From Clytia hemisphaerica (taxonomy: Eukaryota), in the NCBI RefSeq assembly GCF_902728285.1, contig NW_027103286.1, forward strand, positions 3,292,497 to 3,356,496: a stretch of 64,000 bases of DNA, in the 5' to 3' direction. Both the position numbers and the translations under genes were made by a program. Below the pieces are notes generated by a model. That model had not been told where the DNA came from, searched no databases, and saw only the letters and a program-made list of their open reading frames with translations. Positions 44,942 through 57,548 of the stretch are shown one piece after another (within the stretch, counting starts at the first letter, position 1; each line of letters starts with the position of its first letter).

Positions 44942-46437
44942 CTTTCTTAATTCTTTGACAAAATCATTCTCCTCGTTTTATCTCATTATTTCAACCAAAA
45001 AATCTCTAAAGTGAAAGTTCGAAAAATAACTTCAAGCATGGCAAAAACAAAAATGACAAATTAACACATCTTCACCGAATACAAAAAATATATTTTCCTG
45101 ATATTTCCCGATTTTTTTTCCATTCTGAATAAAATGAAGGAAAAAACAATCCTTCCCTAATAAACGAAAGTTTGCAAAAAATATCAAGCTTGTAAACACA
45201 AAAAGTCACATGCCAAAATTTGACACACACAAAATTCTCTTTCTCTTTATAAAGCACACATCTCAGATTCGATTAAAAACGCAATTAGTCAGCAATACAA
45301 ACAAAAAATCTGATCTGAACCATAGAGGTATAAAGAAAACAGGAGTTGAATGTGTTGGTAATTGGTCGTTAAAGTCTTTTGATTTCTTTTATAAAATGTA
45401 TCAAAAGAAATTCTAAGCTCGCCCGATGAAATAAGACTTTTTAGTAGAACTCAAGTTTGCTCTGAACATTCTAATAATCAGTATTGAAGATTCTAGCCTT
45501 TTAATATACGAAAATTAGATAAAACTTCGTCCACGAAACAAATTTATGTTCCATTTCGCTATCCGTTCAATTTTGTTTTGAAAAGATATTTTCTCAAGCC
45601 AGAAAATGAAAAGTTCTTTATAAGCACACACGATTTCAGACTCGATTTGTAGACATAAAGTCGCTGGAGAATTTTGGAGGAAAGTATCAAGCAATAGAGT
45701 TCACCTGAAAGAAACCATTGATCGAAAAATCTTATCATTTGATGAAGGATTGCCAAGTTTACAGGCCTTTTTTTAGTCCAAATATTTTCTTACACTGATG
45801 TCAGAAACAATGAATCTCGTCTCATCTAATTTCTAAAGCTTAAATGAGCCAATAAGATTTAACCTATGGATAAAAGAGCTCATTAAAAATGCACGATATA
45901 TGAGATTATGAGCATGTATACATCGTAACTTTTTTAATCGTAGGGCGAGCTTGGTTACAATAGCATACTTCTCCTGTCTTTCTTTATACCTCCATGTCTG
46001 AACCCACTGTGCTGTGCTGTCACCGTTTGAATACCAAACAACAATTGAACAAAGAAATTTGAATTTAGCTTTGATAGACTAAAGAGACTTGAATTAGGCA
46101 GGAGGGGGTCTCAGAAATTTATATATAGGGGGTTTGGCCTTTAGGGGGGGTTGATTATAGAGAGGGGGTTTGAACCACCCAGGAAACTGTGTGAGTGATG
46201 ATAATAGACATGTTTTAAGGTACGTCATTTGTCTGATATTTTTGGAATGTAGAAAACTTTCAGACGATTCTTTTGGAGAGTTAAATTTTAATTTATCCCA
46301 AATTACCCTCAAAGTCATACGATTACTAACACTAATAAATGCGATTTTCATGTTTCTAAAAAAGTGCCCTTCCATAAGGCACCACAAGGATTAGGATAAA
46401 AATTTAATCGATCATTACAAGTGATAAAATCACTCAC

Positions 46438-46547
46438 CTCCTCCAGCAAGGATTTCACCTGGGTACAAAGAAAACGGTTCTTGATGGAGCCGAATTTCTT
46501 CAAGTCCAACTTTCAAACTAGCTTGCTCTCCATATTTTACAGGTAAT
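46438..46547 (-). CDS. MVP: MVP exon 3 (KLPVKYGEQASLKVGLEEIRLHQEPFSLYPGEILAGG)
   Basis: Acceptor ttttctag, donor G|GTGAGT; matches LAQDPFPLYPGEVL. Confidence 0.75.
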
Positions 46548-46853
46548 CTAGAAAATTGTAAAAGCAGTTTTAAGTCATCCTATTTCTGACCAATAAGTAA
46601 TTCTTGAAGGGGTTAATCGGCAAGTATTTTCCAGGTACCAATTTTTTAATTTCATCAAACAGAAAATTTTCTCTATAAAAAATAACAATACGGCGATTCT
46701 TGAGGATAAGGTATTCTCATTTTTGACTGGGTACCCCCAGTAGGGACCTGGAAGCCATGCACCATTTAGTTGGTTCAATCAGGCATAATGGTTGTGGCTG
46801 ACAACCTTTTGGAATGACCTAATAAGTGATGGACAAGGAACAAGGAGACTTAC

Positions 46854-46987
46854 TTTGCAGGGTTAGAAATTTTACAATAGTGTCCAGGAGGGATGATGAC
46901 AAATCTTTCTGGTCCATGTGTAATTTTTTGATTTTCTTGCAGAATGACACTCTTTGGCCCTTTTTCCACATAGGTGATGTTAGAATT
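46854..46987 (-). CDS. MVP: MVP exon 2 (NSNITYVEKGPKSVILQENQKITHGPERFVIIPPGHYCKISNPA)
   Basis: Acceptor tttag, donor AA|GTAAGT; length 134 = phase 0 in, 2 out. Confidence 0.75.
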
Positions 46988-47236
46988 CTAAATGGAAAAA
47001 CATTTCTAGGGCTTAATCAAAATTAAAGGTTTTAATTTTCTTGGTTCTCTAATTCACAGGGTTTCCCTTTTTTGAAAATAGAAAATAAGTATTGACAAAA
47101 ATTGAGGTTCCACAAAGAGCAATTTTGAAAATTGATGATTTGATTGATAAGTAGTAGTAGCACGGGGAGGCTGGAAAGATAACAAGGAGATTCAAAAAAG
47201 TGTTAAGAAGAAGTATTTAGTTGTAAACATTCTTAC

Positions 47237-47293
47237 CAAATCCAGAACATGAGCATACTCCAATGGTCTCAACCTCAAAATTGTGCTTGACAT
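47237..47293 (-). CDS. MVP: MVP exon 1 (ATG; MSSTILRLRPLEYAHVLDL)
   Basis: ATG at 47291-47293 (minus); donor TTG|GTAAGA; matches human [21 protein letters not shown]. Confidence 0.7.
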
Positions 47294-49199
47294 TTTTTAT
47301 TACTAGCCCTATAGATATACAAAAAATTACAATACCAGCATATCAGCTAGATGTTTAGGATTATGATTTCAAATAGATTTTTTTCAAGATATAGACAATG
47401 TAATAATGGTTGAAACAATGTACTCTCTACACATTTTCAATCTATTAGATAATTCTCCTTGAGAATATCTTCATTGTACAGCTTTTTAACACAGCACAAA
47501 AGGTGAGAAATGTCACCATACTATCAAAAGACAGAGCTAAATAATGATATTGTAATTAAAAAATAACCAAAAATTAAAAGCATAACCAGGCATAACCAAC
47601 GTGATGTTAGTAGCAATATGAGGATATAGGTTGATTAATGAACAGTATGAACAGTGATTATTGTAATTCATGGCATTAAAGATAAAATGCCAGCAACACT
47701 TGAACCTTATCTAACACAATATTGACATAATTGAATAAACTACTCGAATGGAAAAAAATTTTTCAGGGGTTAAATTTTGTGGATTTTGCGGATTTGTCAT
47801 CCACAAAGTTAAGTCCCTAAAGGACTAATCCTGTTGGATAATGAGGGGGTATTATCTGGGTATATTTAGAGTTACAAAAATGAATATGTAATTTGGGTCA
47901 TTTTGGGTCAGTTGATTAGGTCCTCAGCAGTGTGACTTCTTTATTGATGAAACGAAACTGAAATAAATGTACAGACTGTTTCAAACATCTCGGAATTATA
48001 TGTCAACTTCGCTGGTCTGGTCAAATCGCCTGTATGGACAACAGTCAAACTGCCAAACCACTTTTTCATGGGCGGCATACCAATTGGTTGTCCATGCCTG
48101 AGGTACAAAAATAACATCAAAGCTCTTCTCAAGACTGGTGGCATCCTTTATTCGTGGAAAGAGTCAGTTTTAGATCGACCTGATTGCAGGCGAAATGTGT
48201 AGTCTGTATTGTCTCAATTTCAAAGGTGAATAACACAGTAAAATTTTAAATTTTGAAGTAGAGCTTTATAAAGTCATGTGAGCGACAGTGTATATATGTG
48301 AAAAACTGAATGTGAAATGTGTGGAAGTGTGAAAGAAGAAAAGAAAAAAGAAAAAGATAGAATATTATTTTGTCTAGTTCTATTGTATTTTAACTGTATT
48401 TTGCTTGAATATCAAGTTTAGGGCGTACATAATCTATTTCTAGTTTTTCTTTCCCGAGAGAAGAAAATTTGGTGGATGGAAAGGCAAAAAGGTCTATTGA
48501 CAGATTGAATTTGAAGGATCTTCTGTCAAGACTTAAACTAGTATATCAAGATAATGGGATTTCAAGTTTGGGCTGATTCTTTTTTCGTTTTCAGTGGTTT
48601 CAGTTTCGATTTCAAGCCAATATCTTTACAAAGAGGTGTTTGCCTATAGTTACAGGGGTTTGTGCAAAAAACCAAAGTTTTCCAAATCCTTTTTTTCGAT
48701 TAAAAACCAATAAAAATGAAACTTAAAGTCTATTCACGATAAGTGTGCACTCTTTTTTCTTTTACCTATAACTTTTGAAGGAATTCGTCAATCTTTATAA
48801 ATTTGGTGTCATTGGAAAGATATTAGTGAGTGGAACAATTTGAAATAAAAAAATGAAGATCTTGTAGAAAAGTGCTATAACTATCATTTTCAATGAAGTG
48901 AAACCTTGATCATCGAACGTCATCACTGTGAAAAAATTTCTCAAAAATAATCATTCAGTCAAAAGATATCAAACAAAGTTATAAGCTAATTAACGTCTAA
49001 AAACGCTGTTTTTTGCTGTTTTCTGCTGTTTTTTGGGGTCAATCACTTCATTAACTTTGTATCATAAACTTTGTATTGAATAAATATTTTAGTGAAATTT
49101 CTTCACAGTGATGACCTCCAAAGATCAAAGAATCACTCAAGTGAAAATGAAAGTTATAGCACTTTTCTACAAGATCTTCATTTTTTCTTCTTCATTTTC

Positions 49200-49420
49200 A
49201 TCTTCATTTTTAGAATTTTTTTGTGAAAAAAATTTGAGTTAGCTAACTCGAAAACTTTTTGCGAAAAATAAAATTAGGGTTAATTCTAACTCGAAAATCC
49301 TTTTTTGAAAATGAAATATCGACTTACAGTGGAGTGATGTCATAATTTCCAATTTTATGACGTCATAATATAGCTAACTCGAAAATTGCTAACTCAAAGT
49401 TTTCTAAGTCGAAGATTCCG
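49200..49420. repeat. TAACTCGAAAA family repeat cluster (gagttagctaactcgaaaac...taactcgaaaatcc...tagctaactcgaaaattgctaactcaaag)
   Basis: Direct reading. Confidence 0.45.
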
Positions 49421-49971
49421 GGCCTCATAAAAAATCCGATATTATTCTGTCACAATTTTATTTCTTTGAATTACTTAGCTAAAAGGAGAGCCTGGATATC
49501 CAGGCTGTAAACTATTTCACAGTCTAGTTTTTGATATTTCATGTTCTGGTATACAGCCTGGTCTCCATAGAGCAATTTGCATTCTCCGATCAGAATGCAG
49601 TCCGCTTGCTTGCGCTCACTTTGCTAAAGCCGTAAGGACCAATCTACATGGCGCAGAGTAATTCTGAAACAAAAATAAGATAACCCTCTACTTGCTAGTG
49701 AACATACAGCTTTCTGTGAGTTTATTTCTAAGAAAACATGGTTGGTCATGGTTGCACATGCAAACCTGTTTAATATGGGCTTTGGTGTAATCTTTGAATG
49801 TTTTAAATAGCTTTAGATTTTGTAAGGCTCCTTTTCATTAACTTTTGTTTGGTTGCCCTGGGTTGGCTAGGAGAGTTTTGGAAACATGGGTTTGCACTTT
49901 CATTCTCTAGGGAGTTTTTAGTGCAGATTTCAATATAAACCCCTCACAGGACAGGGATTACACCAATTACA

Positions 49972-50213
49972 TACTGTGAGTGGTCCTAAATCCGACAGCC
50001 CTGCCTAATTCCGATGGGGTCTTTCAAAGATACAAACTAAAATAAAAACAAACCTTTCACTGTGACGCAACGAGGATACCAAAGTGTCAACTAAACTGAG
50101 AGATTTTTAATACATTGAACCCATTAAAATCAAATAACATTTGTTAACGTATAACAGTTATTTGGGGGGTCAGAATTAGGCAGGGCTGTCGGATTTAGGA
50201 CCACTCATGGTAT
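49972..50213. mobile_element. MITE (~240 bp) with a ~35-bp TIR (gagtggtcctaaatccgacagccctgcctaattc)
   Basis: Left TIR 49977-50010; the reverse complement at 50172-50207. Confidence 0.65.
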
Positions 50214-51039
50214 ACGTCAATGTGTTGTGTCAACTTGTCAGCATTTCTGTTGCAAAGGGATAAAAGGAGGTAAGACTAGCTTAGTTTCTATTCCTGATAT
50301 AGGAGTTATAAGTCTAGATTGTCTATGTGGCGTTTTTTTGCAAACTATAAAAAACTGCTTAAGTGCTAACTTAAGTACTTGCGTGCACAATTGTGTAAAA
50401 AGTCCAAAATATACATTTCCTGTAAATTTTGTATTAACAACAAAGAAGCGAGGAGTTTAGGGCTTGCTTATAAAATAAGAAATAACCGGCACAAAGACAG
50501 AAATAATACCCTTAGTCTTCTCTCGCTCTCTCTCTCTCCAACTCCAACGCAACCAAACTGTAACTATTGGGAACACCCTTTCACTATATATATACTGCCT
50601 GCGTTTAAATGGTTAAAAAGCCATTCCAGAAACACATTAAACTGTTAAAGAAACAGTAGAAACCATCAAACCACCATCAGAATTCTTGTTTGGAAGGATC
50701 ATCCCACTAGAAAGATTTCAAGAAGTCAATTAAATCCAATCAATATGACACAGCATCAAAAAACAAGGAGAACTGAACAACACAAGTTTTTAAAAAAGCT
50801 AGCTAGCTATCCAACAAACAAATATGGCTGTATGGTGCAATGTTAAGCAAACTGAGCAAATTTCACCATCAAAATAAAAAATAGTAAGAAGATATGCTTT
50901 ATAAGCAATTCCTTAGCGAGATTCCTTACCATTGACGTCAACAAGAAACCAAAACGATAAAATAGAAATATGCAAAATTGAAAGGAAACTGCAAAAGAGG
51001 CTCTTTCCCTTTCAGTCTTTTCCAGTGATTTGTTGTGAA

Positions 51040-51340
51040 TTTTTATGCTGAGGGGGCGTTTTTTTTGCAAAGCGAGCGTCACTTGGAGGGCGTTATTTGA
51101 TATTCCGTTTGGCGCCTTGGGGCGACCGCCCGCAAAAGTCGCATTCTTTCCATTATTCAAACCACCACCAAAATCTCTACCCAGGCAAAGAAAAAGTGAA
51201 GCCACTGTCTCCCATCCAGATTGTCTGGCACCCAGATGGTGAAATTTTCATCCGACACGCTAAAGCTCTGATGTCTGAAAACTGAAGGTCGGGAAAATTT
51301 TCAAACATCTGGAAGGTTTACTACAATACATTACGGAAAT
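51040..51340 (-). ncRNA. Possible 5S-rRNA-derived SINE or 5S pseudogene: minus-strand segments resemble the 5S internal control region (CCCGAcCTtcaGT..AGCTttAGCgtGTCGG...TCTGGATGGGAGAC)
   Basis: Eyeball alignment to the 5S box A/box C regions, including an exact GGATGGGAGAC 11-mer; locally GC-rich. Confidence 0.25.
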
Positions 51341-52363
51341 TTGCGAGACCGCGTCAAGAATTTTTGCAGCGCGAGAGGTCTGGTAACCCATCCCTCCTCG
51401 TTTACGGGGATTGGCGGGTCCAACCGAAATATTTTTAACTTTACAAACAAGGGCTGTTGAACCCGACTGGGAATGCAACACATAAAAGGCCGACTATCAT
51501 TAAATTCCTCTCCCCGATGGGAAATTGGCCCTTTAGTAGACATAGAGCTTGAGCGCCAATCCGCCATTGAAATATCAGATAACTATCCAGGACGCGCCTA
51601 GAACACTATTGTAGCGGTTCCTTTGTTTTTGAGGACTGCAATTTTTTAAATCTAGGGATAGATTTTACTCAACCTCGTCCCCGTGTATTTACGTTACTGA
51701 TCGACGCCAGAGAATTACCACCGTAATACCAGCCTTAATTATGCTTACTGATACAATCAGTGCCATAATATTTTGGCACTTTTGGCTAATTTACCATTTT
51801 TCGAAATTTGAAGTTCGAGCGAGAATGTCAATTTCAGGCCTTCAACTTGATTTCATCGATAATTTTGATCTGGGAGGGATTTATTGGTTTCTAGGCTATA
51901 TTTCAAGCCCTAATCTGGACCATTTTTGAACTTTTAGTCTTAAGTCTAGCGTTAAAGCTCAGAGTTAAAACTCTACCCTTCCAACCTACTTTAGAGCGCT
52001 TACAAATCGATTGTGGTTTCAACACTTCCCGGTGGATTTCCCTTTTGTGCCAAGTATTTTATCCCCAATTGTAGCGCCAGATAACACCCTGACATTGTCT
52101 GTTTTTTGAACGCAAAAAGATCCTTTGCTACTTTCCATCATGGAAGGATAAGGTGCCTTCCTCATCATTTGTGTGTTGCGTGATATAGCCCATTCAAAAT
52201 TAATTTATAGAATCACCGATTTAACGAATTTCTTCTTATCCTTGTCTTTCGCATAAAGAATAAAATATTTGAATACTTTGGCGGAGCATCAACATGTACC
52301 CGCTCATCAGTGAAATGGTTTCTGCATAAACTGAAAGGAATACCTCCCCTTATCAGAGTACTA

Positions 52364-52609
52364 CAGGGTGTCCCTAATTAAAGTATCGAGTTTGAACATG
52401 CGATTGTGTAGAAAAGTTTGTGTGTGTTATCGCTAAAATATAAGAACGTTCTCCATCACACAGGCTTATTACAAAAGGTAGTTACAACGTATAAATTAAT
52501 CGTAATGACAAAGAAAAAAGAGGGAGAGCTTAAAACTTTGTGAACACGCACATAAAACTTTCTACTCATAGTTGTGTTTCGACTCGATACTTTAATTTGA
52601 GACACCCTG
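52364..52609. mobile_element. MITE (~245 bp) with TIR cagggtgtccctaattaaagtatcgagt (CAGGGTG terminus, hAT-like?)
   Basis: TIRs at 52364-52391 and 52582-52609. Confidence 0.55.
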
Positions 52610-53709
52610 TACAATAAACCTCTAATTCAAAGGGTCGTAAACGCTTTGACAATTGCTTTGGGAGTCGGTAATATTATCCTATCAATTTTCTTTGTTTCAA
52701 CTTATCAATTTCTGCCAGACAGTCTCAGTAAGCACCCGTGATTTCTGTTAATAAATATGTTTCACTTTTCTTTCAAGGTTCTGAAAACAGGCACCCTCTC
52801 TCACACACAATATGCTTTATTCACGCACGGCATTCAAAAGTAAATTTTTGGTACAAGAACTTGGACCAGTTGCAATGGAAGATGATTTTGTTCTTTGATG
52901 AACAGACTCTCAATCAGATGTTATATAGAATGTATTGTGCACACACCACTTTTTAGAGATGATTTGGAGGGCGTTTGATCTGATACCTTGCACAAACACT
53001 TGATCTGTGGGAACTACCGTTTTCAGTATTAGTCCTGGAGCTGGGGGAGGTCAACTATGACAGTCGTAGAGGCACGTGCAAACATATATCATCATGTAGC
53101 ACTATGCCTGAAGTTTCCGAATTTACTCGTATGCCGTCCGAAATTTTCTTGTAGATGTCTATTTTACGGACCGGAATGCAATATATAAATATATTCTTTG
53201 GTAAGTGCCAAGATATTGGTGAAATTGTTCTTTACGGAGGTTTCCTTTTCCAATTTCTTTTTCTCCTTTTACTATGACACCAAAATATCGTGACAAATTC
53301 TGCAAATTTGGTGCAAATTTAATCAACGTCATTATCAGTTGATCAAATATCATCGAAATAAAATCATATCACAAATTTTAAACAATTATCACAAATATAT
53401 GTACAAACAAAATAATAAAACATTGCTTTTGAAATTGCAAACTCTATTTTCAGAATTGCACACGGCTCGTTGTGGAAAATTTCGTCCAACTATTTGAATA
53501 TATTGCAAAATTTGAATTACAAGAAGACCAGGTCAGAGGAACTAAGGGGGTGAGTAAATACTCAATTTGGCTCTCTACCATAAGAGTACAAACCTCCTGA
53601 CTGTCAATGTTAAGCCATTGCACAACTTTAGATTCATGGACCTTATAAAAGCTCACTAGATTTTGCTTCGGACCAAACATCTTCTACTTTCTGAAGTACA
53701 GCAAACAAA

Positions 53710-53788
53710 ATGGCCTCATCCAAAACATTCATCTTTTTGCTGGTTGGCTTGGTATGCAGCGTGGCAGCATGGAACTCCAATATGGAAA
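53710..53788 (+). CDS. Astacin-like metalloprotease exon 1: signal peptide (MASSKTFIFLLVGLVCSVAAWNSNME)
   Basis: ATG at 53710, hydrophobic core, donor A|GTAAGA. Confidence 0.6.
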
Positions 53789-54319
53789 GTAAGAGATTTT
53801 CTGTGAATCATCATCATCATCATAATCATTATGCCAATGGAAAAAGTTTGAAAACAATTTACACCACAGGTATCTCCAGTAGCGTGGTACCCCCTAGGTG
53901 GGCAACTCTCCCCCTCCCTCAAGCGGCAAATTTTTTGGCAGCGCCGAATGACAAGCCTCTAGTTACTTATTTGAGCACCCCTTTGCTCTTTCCACCTTAG
54001 AATTAGCAATTCTAAGCCAAAAAAAAGGAAAAAAATACTTATAATTTTCATTCACGCTTCCCTCCCTCCTTATTTTTACAAACATATCTTATTTTCAAAA
54101 AGAGCGCCGAAATCCCTACTTTTGAGAATTGCCTCCCCGTTTGCCCCAATTTTGGTCGACCCACCATGCTACTGCATATCTCCTACAATATCTTTGATCT
54201 GTAAACATGAGATAGGGAGGTACACGAGATAGAATTTTAGTCTTAATAGAGAGATAAATGGTGCAGAACTGTTCAGTCTGACCGTCGGTCCGACATGGGT
54301 ATTTATTTTTGTGTTTCAG

Positions 54320-54478
54320 AGGAAGACCTCTTTGAAGGTGATATTATCCTGAATGATTTTCAGAAGAAAGCTTTGAGATCACCACTTGGCTATGGCCTCA
54401 CATCCAAGAAAGGTTTCAATAAACATTGGCCCAAAGGAGTTCCAATTGCGTATGAAATGTCAGCTGAGTTTGCTAGAG
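54320..54478 (+). CDS. Astacin exon 2: pro/N-terminal region (KEDLFEGDIILNDFQKKALRSPLGYGL...KHWPKGVPIAYEMSAEFAR)
   Basis: Acceptor tgtttcag, donor G|GTGAGT; ORF 54295..54522. Confidence 0.7.
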
Positions 54479-54813
54479 GTGAGTCAAAAAACCTTTACCT
54501 GGGTTTCACCAATTATCCTTGACCCTTCTTATCAATTTTCTGAGTATCAAGTTAATACTGTAAATATAACTCAGCTGTTACCAGTGTCTCTCTTGTTTTA
54601 ATTGTTGTTTTTTTGTTTTATTTATTTGTCGATTACTTAAACCTAGTATTGGCTGCTGAGCAAAAATATCTCCTCTAAGAGAAAATTTCCAGAAAAGATT
54701 AAATAATAGTTATCGCACGGTACCGATTACAATATGGGATATATTTTTCAAGTTCAGATTTTTCGTCATATATTCGAGGAAAATATAGAAAACACTACAA
54801 TTATACTTTTTAG

Positions 54814-54934
54814 ATGCTTCGAAGAAAGCAAAGATTGAGGCAGCATTCAGAGATTATGAACAAAAGACATGCTTGAGATTCGTACCGAGGACTAACCAAC
54901 AACAATTCATGCATTTCAGAAGACAAGGACAGGG
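54814..54934 (+). CDS. Astacin exon 3 (DASKKAKIEAAFRDYEQKTCLRFVPRTNQQQFMHFRRQGQ)
   Basis: Acceptor tatactttttag, donor GG|GTAACA; the conserved astacin block ..A...#...TC#.F..R. Confidence 0.7.
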
Positions 54935-55721
54935 GTAACACTTTTTCTGAACAGCTTTTGATAAACAAACTAAGAAATAGGTAGTCTTTGAAAAAGCAAT
55001 AACAAACACTTATTACTCTACATAGTCCTTTCACCCGAGTGGGGGCAGCTGAGCAAAATGACCGACAGGTTTGCGTGGACTCTAAGGGTACCTTTTCAAA
55101 GATGTTTAAAATGAACTGTAAGGGTTGGAAAAACTAGAGATGCACTGTAAGGGTAGAAATTTCAGAAAGTTCTTGAAAAACCTAGATATTTTGCCCATTT
55201 TTTGCACGAAATGAATTGAAAATTTGAAAATCTGGGGGGACATGCACTGTAAAGGTATGATTTTCACCAATTTTTGCTGCACTGTAACGGTGCAATTTTA
55301 AAAGCCAATTTTTGGCCCGCACATACCGTCAGTCCGCAAACCCAGTGCCCCTCCCCCGCGTCCTTTCACCATATGTTGATGGATACTTGTCCAGGGGGCG
55401 GGGAGGCAGTCGGCCAAAACTCACCAATGGGTATGTTTTTCAAGATAGCAGAAATTCACTGTAAGGGTGGACTTTTGATAGATGCACAGCAAACCTAGGA
55501 AAAATTGCAAATTTTTGCCTGAAAATTCTGATTTTTTTGCTGTAAAAGAGTAAAAATGTCACACTGTAGGGTGCGATTCTAAAAGCCATTTTTCGCCGCA
55601 CATAACGTAGGTTGGTAAACCTGTGACTGTTTTTGACTTTGAGTTAGGTATTGGTGTACCAGCAATTGGTAAAACAAAAACAATTTGACAAACGACTAAT
55701 AAATGAACATTGTCTTTTCAG

Positions 55722-55897
55722 TTGTTACACATCAGTGGGTATGCAGTATCGTGGCAATTTCATCAATCTAGGAGTCGGTTGTTTCACACACGGCGTTTTG
55801 ATTCACGAAATCATGCATGGTCTTGGGGTTTGGCACGAGCAAAGCAGAGGTGATCGAGACCAACATATCAAGATTAATTACCATAACATGAAATGCT
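55722..55897 (+). CDS. Astacin exon 4 with the zinc site HEIMHGLGVWHEQSRGDRDQHIKINYHNM (HExxHxxGxxHExxRxDRD)
   Basis: Acceptor tgtcttttcag, donor T|GTAAGT; motif read directly. Confidence 0.85.
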
Positions 55898-56034
55898 GTA
55901 AGTTTTAAACTACTCAAACTAGAGTCTACTGGTGACGCCCAAAACTGTCATTCGTATAATTCAGTACACCCCTGTGTCACATACCCGCTGGGTATTTCAA
56001 TAGAAAGTTTCATCCTCATTGAGAAAAAATCTTT

Positions 56035-56235
56035 CACCAGGGTGTCCCGCTTAATTTTTGTTAATTTGAACCTCTTTATAACTCGAATTTCTCCTAAAAT
56101 CGAACAAATTGCTGGTCCCTTCAGTTAACAATGCCTTATAAACCTTACTCTATATCTCGAAATTTATTTAACTCGAACAGATATCCGTTCTACGTGCATG
56201 TTCGAGTTATGGAGATTCTATTGTACTTTGACTGA
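56035..56235. repeat. TAACTCGAA SINE-like family copy in astacin intron 4
   Basis: Homology to 21075-21195. Confidence 0.45.
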
Positions 56236-56628
56236 CTAGAGTGTAGTGCTGATTGTCATAACTGGCACTCGGGCTATATACTACGTGGTCAGAATGAGAG
56301 TCAAAACCACTTCTTTTTTCATTCATGTTTCACGAGATAAAGGACAGAATTTTTCAGAAGAATGAAAACCATTTGTTTTCCTGGGCTAAACAATTGGTTA
56401 TCTTTCAAAATACCGAAATCACTAGCGTCAGCAGTTTTTAATGAACATTTTTCCCATGAGGCCAAACAGTTTGGTTCTTCAATATATTTTGCTGTATTTG
56501 GTGACATGCTAAAAGAAATGTAGTGTTAGAAATAGTTGGTAATATCTTGCTACAACCAACAAAAATATTCAAATAAAATATACACTTCTATAAGGAAATA
56601 ATCTGAGAATATCGTCTCAATATTTCAG

Positions 56629-56841
56629 GTAAAAGTCAATTTACAGAGCGAGGCTACACCATCGACAGCCTTGGGTTTCCATACGATTTGAAAAGCGTGA
56701 TGCATTATGGGCCCTGGGCTTTCTCGAACGGAAATGGTCCAACCATTGAACCCCTGAATAAAATGGAAAGAATTTATAACAACGGACAATTTTCAGATAT
56801 TGATATTCAACAATTAAATGCAATGTACTGCGGTGGACCAC
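56629..56841 (+). CDS. Astacin exon 5 with the Met-turn (SVMHYGPWAFS) and the domain end (...NAMYCGGP)
   Basis: Acceptor tatttcag, donor C|GTAAGT. Confidence 0.8.
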
Positions 56842-57129
56842 GTAAGTAATTTCTTTTGATATGAAAGCCAAACTCATTACAATCACGTCAAAACAAACAA
56901 TAATCCTATACCGGATTTTTGATTTAGGGGGCCGGTAATAACCGAATATACCTTTTAAGTCACTTTGAAGCTGAAAGAGTTATGAACACTTTCCATTCTG
57001 TTATGAAAAAGTTTAAACCATTGAAATTGACCTTGGTCTAGAGCTCTAGACGTATCACTGTCTTAGTACACTTCTTACAAAGGATAAAGAACATGAGTGG
57101 CCATATCAAGGTATCTTTCTCCCTCCTAG

Positions 57130-57548
57130 ATGGATCAGGCACCACAACGACCAAAGCACCAGTCACTTCTGCGCCACGTGGCAAGCTCTTTAAACAAGTC
57201 AGCAGCAACAAATGTCTTGGTCATGATCACAACGATAACCTCATCTTCACCAGTCGTTGTCAAACACGCTTTGAAGCAATGGAAGGAAAATTATTCCAGT
57301 CTAATGCACCAGGAGCTAAATGCGCCGAAGCTTTGAGCAACAACAGTGAATCTGGGATTCGTTTCAGAGCTAATTGCGATCAAGGCTTCAGAAAAGTTCA
57401 AAAAGGCAGATATTTTGTCCTTCAACACAAACAAACTGGCAAATGTATTCATCCTAACCGAGGATCATCCAACCCTTCTGATGGAACCAAAGCTGTTATT
57501 TACCATGATTGCAATTCTGGCTCACGTATTCAGTTCAGAGAAGAATAG
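57130..57548 (+). CDS. Astacin terminal exon: Thr-rich linker + ~125-aa Cys-containing C-terminal domain (possible beta-trefoil/lectin-like; not ShK)
   Basis: Acceptor ctccctcctag; ORF through stop TAG 57546-57548. Confidence 0.65.

Larger units (their letters stand above)
17758..47293 (-). other. MVP: Major vault protein gene span: 26 exons, 2538 coding nt = 845 codons; introns host nested genes, MITEs and a minisatellite
   Basis: Every exon reconstructed with AG/GT flanks and consistent phases; translation aligns end to end with remembered human MVP (MSSTILRLRPLEYAHVLD...HYCKISNP...LYPGEIL...ALKLEALADFDDNG...GEEWMV...[10 protein letters not shown]...ATLITDGKTPVNLYQ). Confidence 0.8.

Noticed and set aside
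45000-53700. Protein-coding genes in the 45-53.7 kb interval other than MVP exons 1-3
   Set aside because: There are only short ORFs without motifs, splice-consistent chains or paralogy. The region is dominated by MITEs, SINE-like repeats and a G-rich tract (46090-46190). The MVP 5' UTR or promoter presumably lies just above 47293.
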